Position numbers and translations under genes: made by a program
The notes under the pieces: generated by a model
What the model saw: the letters and a program-made list of their open reading frames with translations, nothing else
What the model was told of the DNA's origin: nothing
Database searches by the model: none
Part shown: one piece after another, positions 10,008 to 19,251 of the stretch
How the letters are laid out: the number at the start of each line of letters is the position of its first letter
How positions within the stretch are numbered: the first letter of the stretch is position 1
DNA from: Deferribacterales bacterium
GTDB taxonomy: Bacteria > Chrysiogenota > Deferribacteres > Deferribacterales > Geovibrionaceae
Length of the DNA: 64,000 nucleotides
Assembly (NCBI GenBank): GCA_050253075.1
Contig: JBFWJS010000004.1
Coordinates: 128,001 to 192,000 of the forward strand
Direction: 5' to 3'

Positions 10008-13000
10008 TCAGACAGCGGGTATTTTGATCAGTTCACCGATAAAAGTAATTGCCTTGTCCAGCACCCTCTGCTCCTTTTCAAAAAAGAGCGATAAAGTGAA
10101 CTCATTCTCAAATTTCGACCCTGCCCCTGCCTTCTGTATGGATTCCATGATCCGCTGAGGGTTCACGGGAGTGCCTTTGGTGAACACCATCTTCAGCTTA
10201 TTGCTGTATATGAACATTTTCTCCATATTGGCAAATCCTGCCAGTTTCTTTATCAGCATGATCCGACCGAGGTTTTCCGTCTCTTCCTTCAGCTCGCCGT
10301 AAAGCTCCGACAGCTCGTTCAGTATCTCGTACACGCCTTCCATATCCTCCTGTTCGGAGAATTTGCGGTAGTAATCAAGGCGTATCTTCGTGTCCTCGAT
10401 ATAGTCTGCGGGGATAAAGTGAGGTATCGACGTGATAACCTCTGTATCTGCCGAAATGCTGGCGATACCTTTCAGGTCTTTAACAGCCTCGTCTATCATG
10501 GCGATGAAGAGCTCATAGCCCACCTTCACCATGAAGCCCGACTGGTCTGCCCCCAGCAGGTCTCCCGCTCCTCTGAGCTGAAGGTCGTAAAAGGCGATCT
10601 TCACCCCGCTGCCGAGGTCTGAAAGCTGCTGGATTATCTTCAGCCTCTTCTGTGCGACCTCCGTCAGTGCGGAGAACTGCTCGACTATGAGGTAGCAATA
10701 CCCACGTCTGCCCGATCTGCCCACACGTCCTTTGAGCTGATATATCTGCGCCAGCCCGAGGTGGGCGGCGTCGTTTATGATTATGGTATTCGCATTTGCG
10801 ATGTCTATTCCGTTTTCGATGATGGCAGTACAAACAAGCACGTCTGTCTCACCAGAATAAAACTTCATCAATATCTTTTCAAGCTCGCTGCTGCTCATCT
10901 GCCCGTGGGCAATGGCCACAGATGCGCCTGGGAGCATATTCTTCACGCCTGCCGCTATCTGGGTGATGTTCTCCACCCTGTTATGCAGGAAAAAGACCTG
11001 TCCGCCACGCTCAAGCTCACGCTGAATGGCGTTCTTGACCTCCATATCCCTCTTTATCACCTTTGTGATGACAGGCAGTCTGTCCACAGGGGGCGTATCG
11101 ATGGTGGATATGTCACGTATCCCCGAAAGGGATAGCTGAAGTGTACGGGGGATAGGCGTTGCGGAGAGATAAAGCACATCCACGTTACTGCGCATTGCCT
11201 TTATCTTTTCCTTATGGGCGACGCCGAAGCGCTGCTCCTCATCTATTATCAGCAGACCGAGGTCCTGAAATTCTATCTCTTTCGACAGCATCTTGTGCGT
11301 GCCTATCAGTATGTCCAGATTACCCTTAGAGAGCTTCTGCAGTATCTCACGGGTGTCCTTCGCACTGCGGAAACGGCTGACATAGTCCACACTGACGGGC
11401 ATATCGCCGAATCGCTTGTGAAATGTAAGGTAATGCTGACGGGCAAGGACAGTCGTAGGCACAAGCACAGCGACCTGCTTCCCGCCTGCGACGGCTTTAC
11501 ATGCGGCACGCATCGCCACCTCTGTCTTGCCGAAGCCGACATCGCCGCAAACTAGCCTTTCCATAGGCATGCTCGCCTCCATGTCGCTGTATACGTCATG
11601 GATAGCTGCGAGCTGATCGTCTGTCTCGTCATATTCAAATTTATGTTCGAACTCATCGAGCATCTGCCCGTCGTCCGTGAATGAGAATCCCTTCTCCACC
11701 TTACGCTGTGCATAAAGTTTCAGAAGGTCCATAGCTATCTTTTTCGCTCTGGCCTTCGCCTGCGCTTTCACCTTTTTCCACTGCTGAGTCTGCAGTGAGC
11801 TTATTCGTGGGCGGGAGCCTTCCTGACCTATATATTTCTGTATCTGACCGATGGATGAAAGGGGCACATAGAGGAATTCGTTATTATCGTATTCCAGCTG
11901 GATAAAGTCCCCTTCGACACCGCCGATGCTCTGGTGCACCAGCCCGACGTATATACCGATACCGTAATCCACATGGACGACATGGTCGCCCGCCTCGAGG
12001 TCGGATATTGTTGTGGAATACAGCTCTTTCTTTCCACGTTTCGGTCTTTTCTTTGCAGTGCCGAAGATGTCTTCGTCGGTGAAAACGGCAAACATGAGCT
12101 TGTCGTCGACGAATCCTCCACGGAACTTTTCAGGGTGCAGATAAAGCCCTGCCTTATCCACCTCTTTATATTTTGCAACCTCTAGGGGTATGTAAGCGTA
12201 ATCTTTTGAGAATTCAGTGAAAAGTTTTGCAAGTCTGTCACTTTCAATGGAGCAGAGCACCCTGTATCCGTCCGAAGTATAGCCCTTTATGATGTCCATA
12301 GCAGAGGACATGGACTGATACAGATTTCCCTTTTTCCCTGCGAAGATCATGGCACTGCTTTTGTATCTCATGGTCTCGGATTCGGCTGTGGTGATGTCGG
12401 CCATGATGTTCACTTTTTCGGGAGGCATATGCAGGAGCATACGTGATGGAGCAATGAAATTATTCCTCCAAAAATTTTCGCCCTCTGGTATCTTATCATC
12501 TATTAAAACACGGAAATCTGTGAAAATTGTTCTGAAATCTTCTGTGAAAAATAAGAGATTGTAATCCTCTCCCACATAGTCCACAAAGGACTCCATATTA
12601 TGCACCGCAGGGGTCAGCCAGTGACAGCCTGCGTATTTGCCGTAGAGCTCGATCTTATCTTTGATATCAGTGTCGATGATGTTCTTCATCAGGTCGTCCA
12701 CGTCGAAAAGAGCCTCGGACGCAGGGAGCAGTCTCACGCTGTCAGCCGTCTTTTTCGTGCGGCGTGTGCGTGTATCCACATATGCTATCCGCTCCGCCTC
12801 ATCGTCAAAGAACTCTATCAGGCACGGCATGTCGCTGTCAGCGGGGAAGACCTCTAAGGTATCGCCTCGGAATGCGTATTCACCCGCACCTTCCACCATC
12901 TCGACATTTACGTATCCGCTGTAGCCGAGTATATATTCCAGCTCTTCACGCTCATAGCTTTTACCCGCCACGATGTCAGCCGTGGCAGATGCAAAGACAT

Positions 13001-13319
13001 CCTTCGGAGGCAGACTTTTCAGCAGTCCGTACGGAGTGGTGACAACTATGCAGCTCTCTTTGCTGTTTAAAAGGAAATCTAGGGTCGAGGCACGCCTGGC
13101 GAAAACCTCGGGGAGGACACGGGCCTCCTCGTATGGATCCTGCGTGTATTCGGGGAAACCGAGTACACGAACACCCGAAAAGAAGAATTCAGCCTCCTGC
13201 AGGATGAGCTCATACTCACGTTTATTACCTGCGACAAGTATGCTCACACGCCCTTTAGGTCGGTTGTTTAGGAAGTGCCAAACGGACGAACACCCCCACA
13301 GGCTGCTTAAAACTGACAT
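10008..13319 (-). CDS. mfd: Transcription-repair coupling factor
   Basis: CarD/TRCF VVHVDYGIG, GDVGFGKTEVAMRAA, DEEQRFGV and QLKGRVGRS motifs. Confidence 0.97.
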   Translation of the reverse strand: MSVLSSLWGCSSVWHFLNNRPKGRVSILVAGNKREYELILQEAEFFFSGVRVLGFPEYTQDPYEEARVLPEVFARRASTLDFLLNSKESCIVVTTPYGLLKSLPPKDVFASATADIVAGKSYEREELEYILGYSGYVNVEMVEGAGEYAFRGDTLEVFPADSDMPCLIEFFDDEAERIAYVDTRTRRTKKTADSVRLLPASEALFDVDDLMKNIIDTDIKDKIELYGKYAGCHWLTPAVHNMESFVDYVGEDYNLLFFTEDFRTIFTDFRVLIDDKIPEGENFWRNNFIAPSRMLLHMPPEKVNIMADITTAESETMRYKSSAMIFAGKKGNLYQSMSSAMDIIKGYTSDGYRVLCSIESDRLAKLFTEFSKDYAYIPLEVAKYKEVDKAGLYLHPEKFRGGFVDDKLMFAVFTDEDIFGTAKKRPKRGKKELYSTTISDLEAGDHVVHVDYGIGIYVGLVHQSIGGVEGDFIQLEYDNNEFLYVPLSSIGQIQKYIGQEGSRPRISSLQTQQWKKVKAQAKARAKKIAMDLLKLYAQRKVEKGFSFTDDGQMLDEFEHKFEYDETDDQLAAIHDVYSDMEASMPMERLVCGDVGFGKTEVAMRAACKAVAGGKQVAVLVPTTVLARQHYLTFHKRFGDMPVSVDYVSRFRSAKDTREILQKLSKGNLDILIGTHKMLSKEIEFQDLGLLIIDEEQRFGVAHKEKIKAMRSNVDVLYLSATPIPRTLQLSLSGIRDISTIDTPPVDRLPVITKVIKRDMEVKNAIQRELERGGQVFFLHNRVENITQIAAGVKNMLPGASVAIAHGQMSSSELEKILMKFYSGETDVLVCTAIIENGIDIANANTIIINDAAHLGLAQIYQLKGRVGRSGRRGYCYLIVEQFSALTEVAQKRLKIIQQLSDLGSGVKIAFYDLQLRGAGDLLGADQSGFMVKVGYELFIAMIDEAVKDLKGIASISADTEVITSIPHFIPADYIEDTKIRLDYYRKFSEQEDMEGVYEILNELSELYGELKEETENLGRIMLIKKLAGFANMEKMFIYSNKLKMVFTKGTPVNPQRIMESIQKAGAGSKFENEFTLSLFFEKEQRVLDKAITFIGELIKIPAV

Positions 13320-13321
13320 AA

Positions 13322-13903
13322 TTAACCGGCGAATTTACCGAACATTATTTCATCTACAAGCTGACAGATGATGTGCGCTGCCGCTATGTGTATCTCCTGA
13401 ATACGGCCTGTATTTTCCGATGGAGACTGAAAGAGCAGGTCGCAAAGGCCTTTCATCTTTCCGCCGTCTCTGCCGGTGAAGCCGATGATCTTCATATTGC
13501 CTCTGGCCGCTTCACGGAGGGCACGAACCACATTCTCGGAATTACCGCTGGTGGATATACCCCACACAAGGTCGTCTTCGTTACCGAGGGCGGACACCTG
13601 TTTTATGAATATATCGTTGAACTCGTAGTCGTTGCCTATGGATGTGAGTATCGACGTATCGGTGGTGAAAGCTATCGCAGGAAGGGGCGGACGCTCCATC
13701 TTATACCTGTTTACAAACTCGGCTGCGATGTGCTGAGCGTCGGAAGCCGAGCCTCCGTTGCCGAATATCATCAGCTTACCGCCATTAATGAAGCACTGGG
13801 CTATCTCTGTGGCGATGGCTATCAGCACGGGGGCAGACTCAGCGATGAATCTGTTCTGCGTTTCACGCATCTCGTCGAATATATCTGAAATGTATTTTTC
13901 CAT
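13322..13903 (-). CDS. gmhA: D-sedoheptulose 7-phosphate isomerase
   Basis: GNGGSASDAQHIAAE, ISTSGNS and RIQEIH motifs. Confidence 0.95.
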   Translation of the reverse strand: MEKYISDIFDEMRETQNRFIAESAPVLIAIATEIAQCFINGGKLMIFGNGGSASDAQHIAAEFVNRYKMERPPLPAIAFTTDTSILTSIGNDYEFNDIFIKQVSALGNEDDLVWGISTSGNSENVVRALREAARGNMKIIGFTGRDGGKMKGLCDLLFQSPSENTGRIQEIHIAAAHIICQLVDEIMFGKFAG

Positions 13904-13960
13904 AAAAATTACCTTTAAATTTCTATACTTATTACAGTATTTTCCAATTAAATAAAAATA

Positions 13961-14560
13961 TCAATAGCTAACAGGAGGACGGGTCATTATAAAATATTCA
14001 GTGCTTGTCAAAGGCTCTGTGAATGATGCAGATTCCGCATATCCCAGCCTTTTATAGAAAGACATGTTCCTCGGAGTGAATGTCTCCAGATATGTCGGGA
14101 CGCCTGCCTCGTCGGCCTCTTTCAGCACACTTTCCACCAATCCGACACCGAGCCCCTGCCCCTGATATTCGGGGAGTACGCCCAGTATCGAGAGATACCA
14201 GTATTCATCCGTGACAGCCTCTTCCGCCCTCGCAGACATGAATTCCACGATGGTTTTATAAGTGTCCAGACTCCCCTTCCCCATGTGCTCCATGATAAAG
14301 CTCTTTTTAAGTGAGGAACGCTCCGCCTCACGCTCTGCACTGAGCGGCTTTGACCATATGGACACCCCGCACCTGTGGGACTGCGGTATATACAGCCTGC
14401 CGTACTCGGCCGCCTCTTTCATCGAAAAGTCCATATACCTCAGCATTGCTTCCTTACCGTCGCCGTCGGCACTGTTTTCCATAGCGATGTAAAAAGCATC
14501 CTCTTTCAGCGCATGATACAGCGCTTCGGCGAGGTCGGGATAGTGAAAAACATAAGACAT
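13961..14560 (-). CDS. GNAT family N-acetyltransferase
   Basis: WYLSILGVLPEYQGQGLG, YLET...N..FYKRLG motifs. Confidence 0.9.
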   Translation of the reverse strand: MSYVFHYPDLAEALYHALKEDAFYIAMENSADGDGKEAMLRYMDFSMKEAAEYGRLYIPQSHRCGVSIWSKPLSAEREAERSSLKKSFIMEHMGKGSLDTYKTIVEFMSARAEEAVTDEYWYLSILGVLPEYQGQGLGVGLVESVLKEADEAGVPTYLETFTPRNMSFYKRLGYAESASFTEPLTSTEYFIMTRPPVSY

Positions 14561-14653
14561 AAATGCTCCGTCATATTATTGATAACCAATATTTATCTCA
14601 GCCGTGAGAAATCCGCAAGCCATTAAACCTGCATATCCTAACAAAAAAAATCA

Positions 14654-14682
14654 TTGACACTAAACTCGATATAGTTTATTTG
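14654..14682 (+). promoter_or_regulatory. Putative sigma70 promoter of the aroF leader
   Basis: TTGACA at 14654-14659, 17-bp spacer, weak -10 TATTTG. Confidence 0.45.
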
Positions 14683-14689
14683 AACTTAT

Positions 14690-14773
14690 ATGAATAACAG
14701 GACAAATTTCGAACTTAACTTTTTTGGTTTCTTTTTTAGCTGGTATTTTAGCACTAGGAGTGTAGCCGTATAA
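14690..14773 (+). CDS. Aromatic-amino-acid-rich leader peptide MNNRTNFELNFFGFFFSWYFSTRSVAV
   Basis: 27 codons with 7 Phe, 1 Trp and 1 Tyr, directly before a terminator hairpin and the DAHP synthase gene. Confidence 0.8.
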   Translation: MNNRTNFELNFFGFFFSWYFSTRSVAV

Positions 14774-14806
14774 GTTCGACCTGTTGACAGAATAATAAGA
14801 TTAAAC

Positions 14807-14850
14807 AGGCCGCAGCGGCTTCACTTTCGAAGCTGTTGCGGCCTTTTTTT
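14807..14850 (+). terminator. Attenuator terminator upstream of aroF
   Basis: AGGCCGCAGCGGCTTC-actttc-GAAGCTGTTGCGGCCT plus a T run. Confidence 0.85.
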
Positions 14851-14930
14851 GTGCCTATCAGCATAGGCAGGCACACCGGAGAGCGCATTTTGTACCGCCA
14901 CTCTTCACAGCTCACGATGCTCGCATAAGA

Positions 14931-14966
14931 GTCATTGCGAGGAGCAGAAGGCGACACGGCAATCTC
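14931..14966. repeat. Left half of a REP-like element
   Basis: GTCATTGCGAGGAGCAGAAGGCGACACGGCAATCTC matches the element at 5462. Confidence 0.65.
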
Positions 14967-15022
14967 CGGGTTTACAAGGGAAATTAGATTTAGGTTTTTA
15001 AATAAAAATACGGAGGATCAAA

Positions 15023-16042
15023 ATGATCGTAGTAATGAAGATCGGAGCAACAAAGGATGAAATGGCTAAAGTGACTCAGTCTGCTGAGGAGCTTGGTTTC
15101 TCCACACACATCATCGAGGGTAAAGAGCGCAACGTTATCGGGCTTGTCGGCGTTTCCGGACAGAGAGACAAGGTAAACGTTATCTGGCAGCTCCCCGGTG
15201 TTGAAAACATCGTACCAATAAGCAAACCTTACAAGCTCTCCAGCAAAGAGGTTAAGCGTGAGCCCAGCATCATTGATGTCTGCGGTGTAAAATTCGGCGG
15301 AGAGGATGTGCCCGTCATAGCGGGGCCATGTTCCGTAGAGAGCGAATTACAGGTTATCAAAACTGCTGAATTCATCAAAGCAGGGGGCGCAAAGATGCTC
15401 CGTGGAGGCGCATTCAAACCGAGAACATCTCCATACTCTTTCCAGGGTCTCGAAGAGGACGGCCTGAAGATACTCGCTAAAGCAAGGGAAGAGACAGGTC
15501 TGCCTATCGTCACAGAGGTCACAAACCCGAAATACGTCGATATGGTATACAAGTACGCAGATATGTTTCAGGTGGGTGCGAGAAACGTTCAGAACTTCGC
15601 CCTGCTCTCCGAACTCGGTAAAACAGATAAGCCCGTGCTGCTGAAAAGAGGCATGTCCACAACGATAGAGGAATACCTTAACGCATGTGAGTACATCCTT
15701 TCCGAAGGGAACAGCAAAGTTATCCTTTGCGAGAGAGGACTCAGAACATTTGAAACAGCCACAAGAAACACGCTCGACATCAGCGCCGTGCCTGTTATAA
15801 AGGAAAAGTCCCACCTGCCTATCATCATAGACCCAAGCCATGCGGCAGGTCACTGGCAGTATGTAGGCCCTCTGTCTAAGGCGGCTGTTGCTATCGGCGC
15901 AGACGGTCTCATCATAGAGGTTCACCCCGAGCCTGAAAAAGCATGGTCAGACGGCGCACAGTCTCTGACACCTACACAGTTCCTCGAGCTGATGGGCAGC
16001 ATGCGTTCTATCGCCCTCGCAGTAGGACGTACAATAGGCTGA
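15023..16042 (+). CDS. aroF: DAHP synthase, class I-beta with N-terminal ACT-like domain
   Basis: IAGPCSVES, RGGAFKPRTSPYSFQG and DPSHA motifs. Confidence 0.95.
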   Translation: MIVVMKIGATKDEMAKVTQSAEELGFSTHIIEGKERNVIGLVGVSGQRDKVNVIWQLPGVENIVPISKPYKLSSKEVKREPSIIDVCGVKFGGEDVPVIAGPCSVESELQVIKTAEFIKAGGAKMLRGGAFKPRTSPYSFQGLEEDGLKILAKAREETGLPIVTEVTNPKYVDMVYKYADMFQVGARNVQNFALLSELGKTDKPVLLKRGMSTTIEEYLNACEYILSEGNSKVILCERGLRTFETATRNTLDISAVPVIKEKSHLPIIIDPSHAAGHWQYVGPLSKAAVAIGADGLIIEVHPEPEKAWSDGAQSLTPTQFLELMGSMRSIALAVGRTIG

Positions 16043-16054
16043 TAATATATCGGA

Positions 16055-16082
16055 TTTCCCCCTTCGGCTAAGAAGGGGGAAA
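16055..16082 (+). terminator. Hairpin downstream of aroF
   Basis: TTTCCCCCTTC / GAAGGGGGAAA inverted repeat. Confidence 0.6.
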
Positions 16083-16188
16083 CATTTACGCCGCTGATAA
16101 ATCTTTTTTAAAAAGTTATGAAATAGATATTGACAACGAAGGCGTTTTTCGATATTTTTAGACCTCGCTTTTGAGAGCAACCTAAATT

Positions 16189-16264
16189 GCCCAGGTAGCT
16201 CAGTCGGTAGAGCAGGGGACTGAAAATCCCCGTGTCGATGGTTCGATTCCGTCCCTGGGCACCA
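16189..16264 (+). tRNA. tRNA-Phe(GAA)
   Basis: 76-nt cloverleaf GCCCAGG...CCTGGGCACCA, anticodon loop CTGAAAA, GGTTCGATTCC T-arm; TTGACA at 16130 upstream. Confidence 0.97.
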
Positions 16265-16293
16265 TTTTTTATAATACTATCAATGATTTACAC

Positions 16294-16326
16294 AAAGACT
16301 AGTGTTTCGGCACTGGTCTTTTTTTT
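16294..16326 (+). terminator. Island-supplied terminator after tRNA-Phe
   Basis: AAAGACTAGTG-tttcgg-CACTGGTCTTT followed by a T run. Confidence 0.75.
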
Positions 16327-16438
16327 GTGGTACACTCGTGGTACATTTTTGATTGAGATCTTGTGGTTAGGATTGGTTAAAAGTAGTGTATTATGAAATG
16401 TTTAGCCTTTGTTAAAGCATGAGTAATATAACATAGAG

Positions 16439-16825
16439 CTATTTTTCTAAAATATTGATAGATTTCGCCACCAAATATTCTGGAAATAATTCTAAGCTAA
16501 ATCCATTAATAATCAGATATATCTTCTTTTCAACTTCATTGAGTTTCGGATAAATCTCATCATTCAAGAATCCTTCATCCACTAAGTTCTTTAGTTTAAG
16601 GTCTCTTTCGGCTAAATCTTCCTCAAGCTCTTCTTTAGAATTAAACTCGCTGCCATTTATTAAAATACAAGCGACTAAATTCTTATATATTTCATCGTCA
16701 GTATTGACTGAATCTACCGTGTCTTGATAAATCTTCTTAAATGTATTCTTAGCTGATCTATCTTTGAAAAAGATCACAGCTGATACTCCGATGATAACCA
16801 TTACAAACATAGTTACTAATTTCAT
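16439..16825 (-). CDS. Hypothetical membrane-anchored protein
   Basis: 128-aa ORF with an N-terminal hydrophobic helix and GAGG RBS. Confidence 0.6.
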   Translation of the reverse strand: MKLVTMFVMVIIGVSAVIFFKDRSAKNTFKKIYQDTVDSVNTDDEIYKNLVACILINGSEFNSKEELEEDLAERDLKLKNLVDEGFLNDEIYPKLNEVEKKIYLIINGFSLELFPEYLVAKSINILEK

Positions 16826-16895
16826 ATTCTTGACCTCGCTATAAACTTTCCCAATTATGAATTAACTCAAAATAAATCGCCACTGAATTGGTCGG

Positions 16896-17231
16896 CTATC
16901 TGTCTAATTCTAGTTCCAATTCAATAATTCTTTCCTCTAGCTCATTAATTTTCTCTTCTAGCGTTGTTGCCTCATCGAAAGTGTTTTTGTTACTTATGTT
17001 TTGATAAACTTTGTTGAAATGGAAATTGGCTTCTAATGTATTTAAATGGTTTTGGAATGAATTTGATTCTATGCTGAAAATCAAGTATCCAATAACTACA
17101 TATAATCCATACTCGAAATAAATTATCATTAATATAGCAATAATTAGCTTAATTGCAGTAAATGAAATAATGCTAAAATATTTGCTATCCTTTTTTGATT
17201 GGATATTAATGTCATAATCAAGCATAAACAC
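16896..17231 (-). CDS. Hypothetical membrane protein with C-terminal coiled coil
   Basis: AGGAG RBS, two hydrophobic segments, LEEKINELEERIIELELE tail. Confidence 0.6.
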   Translation of the reverse strand: MFMLDYDINIQSKKDSKYFSIISFTAIKLIIAILMIIYFEYGLYVVIGYLIFSIESNSFQNHLNTLEANFHFNKVYQNISNKNTFDEATTLEEKINELEERIIELELELDR

Positions 17232-17324
17232 GCTCCTACGAATTTATTACTTAAATCATAACTCATATTTTACATAATTGTGTATTTGATTGTACTTATG
17301 CTATTATCAATGTGAGGTATTGAT

Positions 17325-17996
17325 ATGGAATTAACAAAAATCATGATGTTGGTATGTTTCGCACTCGTTTTGGTTTCATGTGGCAGTAGGTATGGACTAG
17401 ATGTTACAGGATATGGCGATATTAGTAATGAAATAAAAACTTATGATGTTGCATTAACACCACAGCTGAAAAAAGACCTCGAATATATGGAATATGTGAA
17501 GTTGCTTGATAATAAAATGAGATGTCTGGGGTGGACTAAAACAACTGACAATCCTATATACCTTGTGCATCTTCAAGCTGGAATTGATGGAGGACGTAAT
17601 TCTACCTCTGCTGTACCAATATTTGGGCAAACAGGTGGTGGCTCAAGTTATACTACTGGTTCTTTTAATACAACAAGCACATATGGAACGTACACAGCGC
17701 GAACAACTTACTCTCCAAGTTTCGGAATGGTAGGAGTATTACCTGTAAATGTAACAACCTATACTCGATATGTTACGATATCCTTATATGATCCGACTAA
17801 TAGTACAGAAACTCCTGTATGGATGGGAAAAACCATTAGTAGAGGGTCAACGGGAGTCCTAAACAAAGTAATGCCTGTGTTGATGGAGTATACAGTTAAA
17901 GAAATTGGTAAAAGTACTAATGGAACAAAAAGTTTTACTGTAACATTATCTGAAAAAGACGTTGAGCAGCTACGAACAACCTGTAGTGTCAGGTAA
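17325..17996 (+). CDS. Lipoprotein (DUF4136-like)
   Basis: Lipobox LVSC, G/T/Y-rich middle, PVWMGK motif; the family call is an inference. Confidence 0.65.
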   Translation: MELTKIMMLVCFALVLVSCGSRYGLDVTGYGDISNEIKTYDVALTPQLKKDLEYMEYVKLLDNKMRCLGWTKTTDNPIYLVHLQAGIDGGRNSTSAVPIFGQTGGGSSYTTGSFNTTSTYGTYTARTTYSPSFGMVGVLPVNVTTYTRYVTISLYDPTNSTETPVWMGKTISRGSTGVLNKVMPVLMEYTVKEIGKSTNGTKSFTVTLSEKDVEQLRTTCSVR

Positions 17997-17999
17997 TTC

Positions 18000-18026
18000 T
18001 ACTCAGCCCATTTTTCGTTCTAAATT
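18000..18026 (+). repeat. 27-bp recombinase-type site, copy 1 (TACTCAGCCC ATTTTTC GTTCTAAATT)
   Basis: Shares arms and 7-bp spacer with four other copies in the island. Confidence 0.75.
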
Positions 18027-18124
18027 GAATCTCGCCCAATTCTGTCCAAAACTTATAAAAATTCAGTAACTGCATCCTGTAATAATGAACAATAAATATG
18101 TATTTGCTCGTTAGTGGTGCTTAC

Positions 18125-18178
18125 GTGAAAATCATTAAGAACTTAAAAGACGACAATGTAGAAATATATCAGCGAGGA
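18125..18178 (+). pseudogene. 5' remnant of an integrase paralog
   Basis: VKIIKNLKDDNVEIYQRG aligns with VKIIKSLQDGDVALYQRG at 21554; similarity ends at the palindrome. Confidence 0.65.
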
Positions 18179-18188
18179 ATATTCCTCG
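18173..18188. repeat. CGAGGAATATTCCTCG palindrome, copy 1
   Basis: Perfect 16-bp palindrome; further copies at 19130, 21422 and 27154. Confidence 0.85.
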
Positions 18189-18338
18189 TTGAACAGATTA
18201 TTATTATGTTCAAACTGTTCATAGATTGTTACAATATCACACTGAAAATCACTTATGATGTTACGGCTATCTGTATCATGATAGTCATATTATATTTCGT
18301 TGGTAAAAGCACAAAAGAGATGAAGGTAAAGTTGAGCT

Positions 18339-19118
18339 ATGACATCTGAAAAATTTGGTTATTCTGAAAAATCATCTAAAGAGATAATGCATATTTTCTG
18401 GAAAAATTTGCAAAAAGATCCTAAGAACAGAAAATTTCTGTTTTTCTACATTATGATAAGTGAGAAACAGTGCTTCACAAGTAATGAAAGTTTCATGCAC
18501 ATTTTAGAAATGATACCTGCTCTAACCCCAGAGCAAGAAATAAAAGACTTATATATTGAATTGCTTGCAGTTATAAAAAAAATAATGCCAGATACAGGGC
18601 TAACAAACAAAGAGGAACTGGTTAATAATTGTCTCGAAAATCCTGAACTTATAACAAGTATGACAGAAGTAGCAAAAGAAGATAGAGACTATTACGATGC
18701 ATTAAAAGAAGTTATCAGGATTTATATCGAAGATGTTGACCTTGACGTATCACAGATACCTTTCAAAACACAAGTAGCATTCTTAGACTGTTTTTCCGAA
18801 ACTCAAAAAGCACCTATAAGCAAAAAGAAAAATTTGATCCGAACGGATTACAGAAAAGCTTTTTCCGTATGGGCATTAAACGCATTTTTTGGGATAAACC
18901 CAACAAGAAATGACAAAACAGATCGGAATACTAATCCATGTGGATGTGATTTTGTCGCAGATGCTGAAAATTGTAAGTACGGTGAAATAAAAGAGCTTTG
19001 GTTCGATCATAAATTTAAGTTTTACCGTATGTCTGAGATCGAAGATATTTCATACATAATTAAAGATAAAGAAAATAACAAAACTTTATTTTCTCTGGGT
19101 TCAGGGCTAAGTAAGTAG
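18339..19118 (+). CDS. Hypothetical protein (paralog of 19252..20052)
   Basis: Shares SEKQ.F, RDYYDA, FSVWALN.FF and KFYR.SEIED motifs with the next ORF. Confidence 0.75.
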   Translation: MTSEKFGYSEKSSKEIMHIFWKNLQKDPKNRKFLFFYIMISEKQCFTSNESFMHILEMIPALTPEQEIKDLYIELLAVIKKIMPDTGLTNKEELVNNCLENPELITSMTEVAKEDRDYYDALKEVIRIYIEDVDLDVSQIPFKTQVAFLDCFSETQKAPISKKKNLIRTDYRKAFSVWALNAFFGINPTRNDKTDRNTNPCGCDFVADAENCKYGEIKELWFDHKFKFYRMSEIEDISYIIKDKENNKTLFSLGSGLSK

Positions 19119-19129
19119 CTTTATATCAT

Positions 19130-19144
19130 CGAGGAATATTCCTC
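19130..19144. repeat. Palindrome copy 2 (CGAGGAATATTCCTC)
   Basis: 14-bp perfect core. Confidence 0.75.
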
Positions 19145-19251
19145 TCTGCCCAAGACACAAGTTACTTATGAACGCCTTGCTGACTCATAAGAGAAGACAT
19201 ATGAAGCAGTGTTGAATTGACTAATAGATAATTTCTGAGAGGCAAGCCAAT

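Noticed and set aside
16864..16889. Possible sixth 27-bp site (AACTCAAAAT...CCACTGAATT)
   Set aside because: The spacer does not match ATTTTTC and the arm match is weak in AT-rich DNA.
18098..18349. 83-aa ORF as a real gene
   Set aside because: It is better explained as an integrase remnant running into non-coding sequence.
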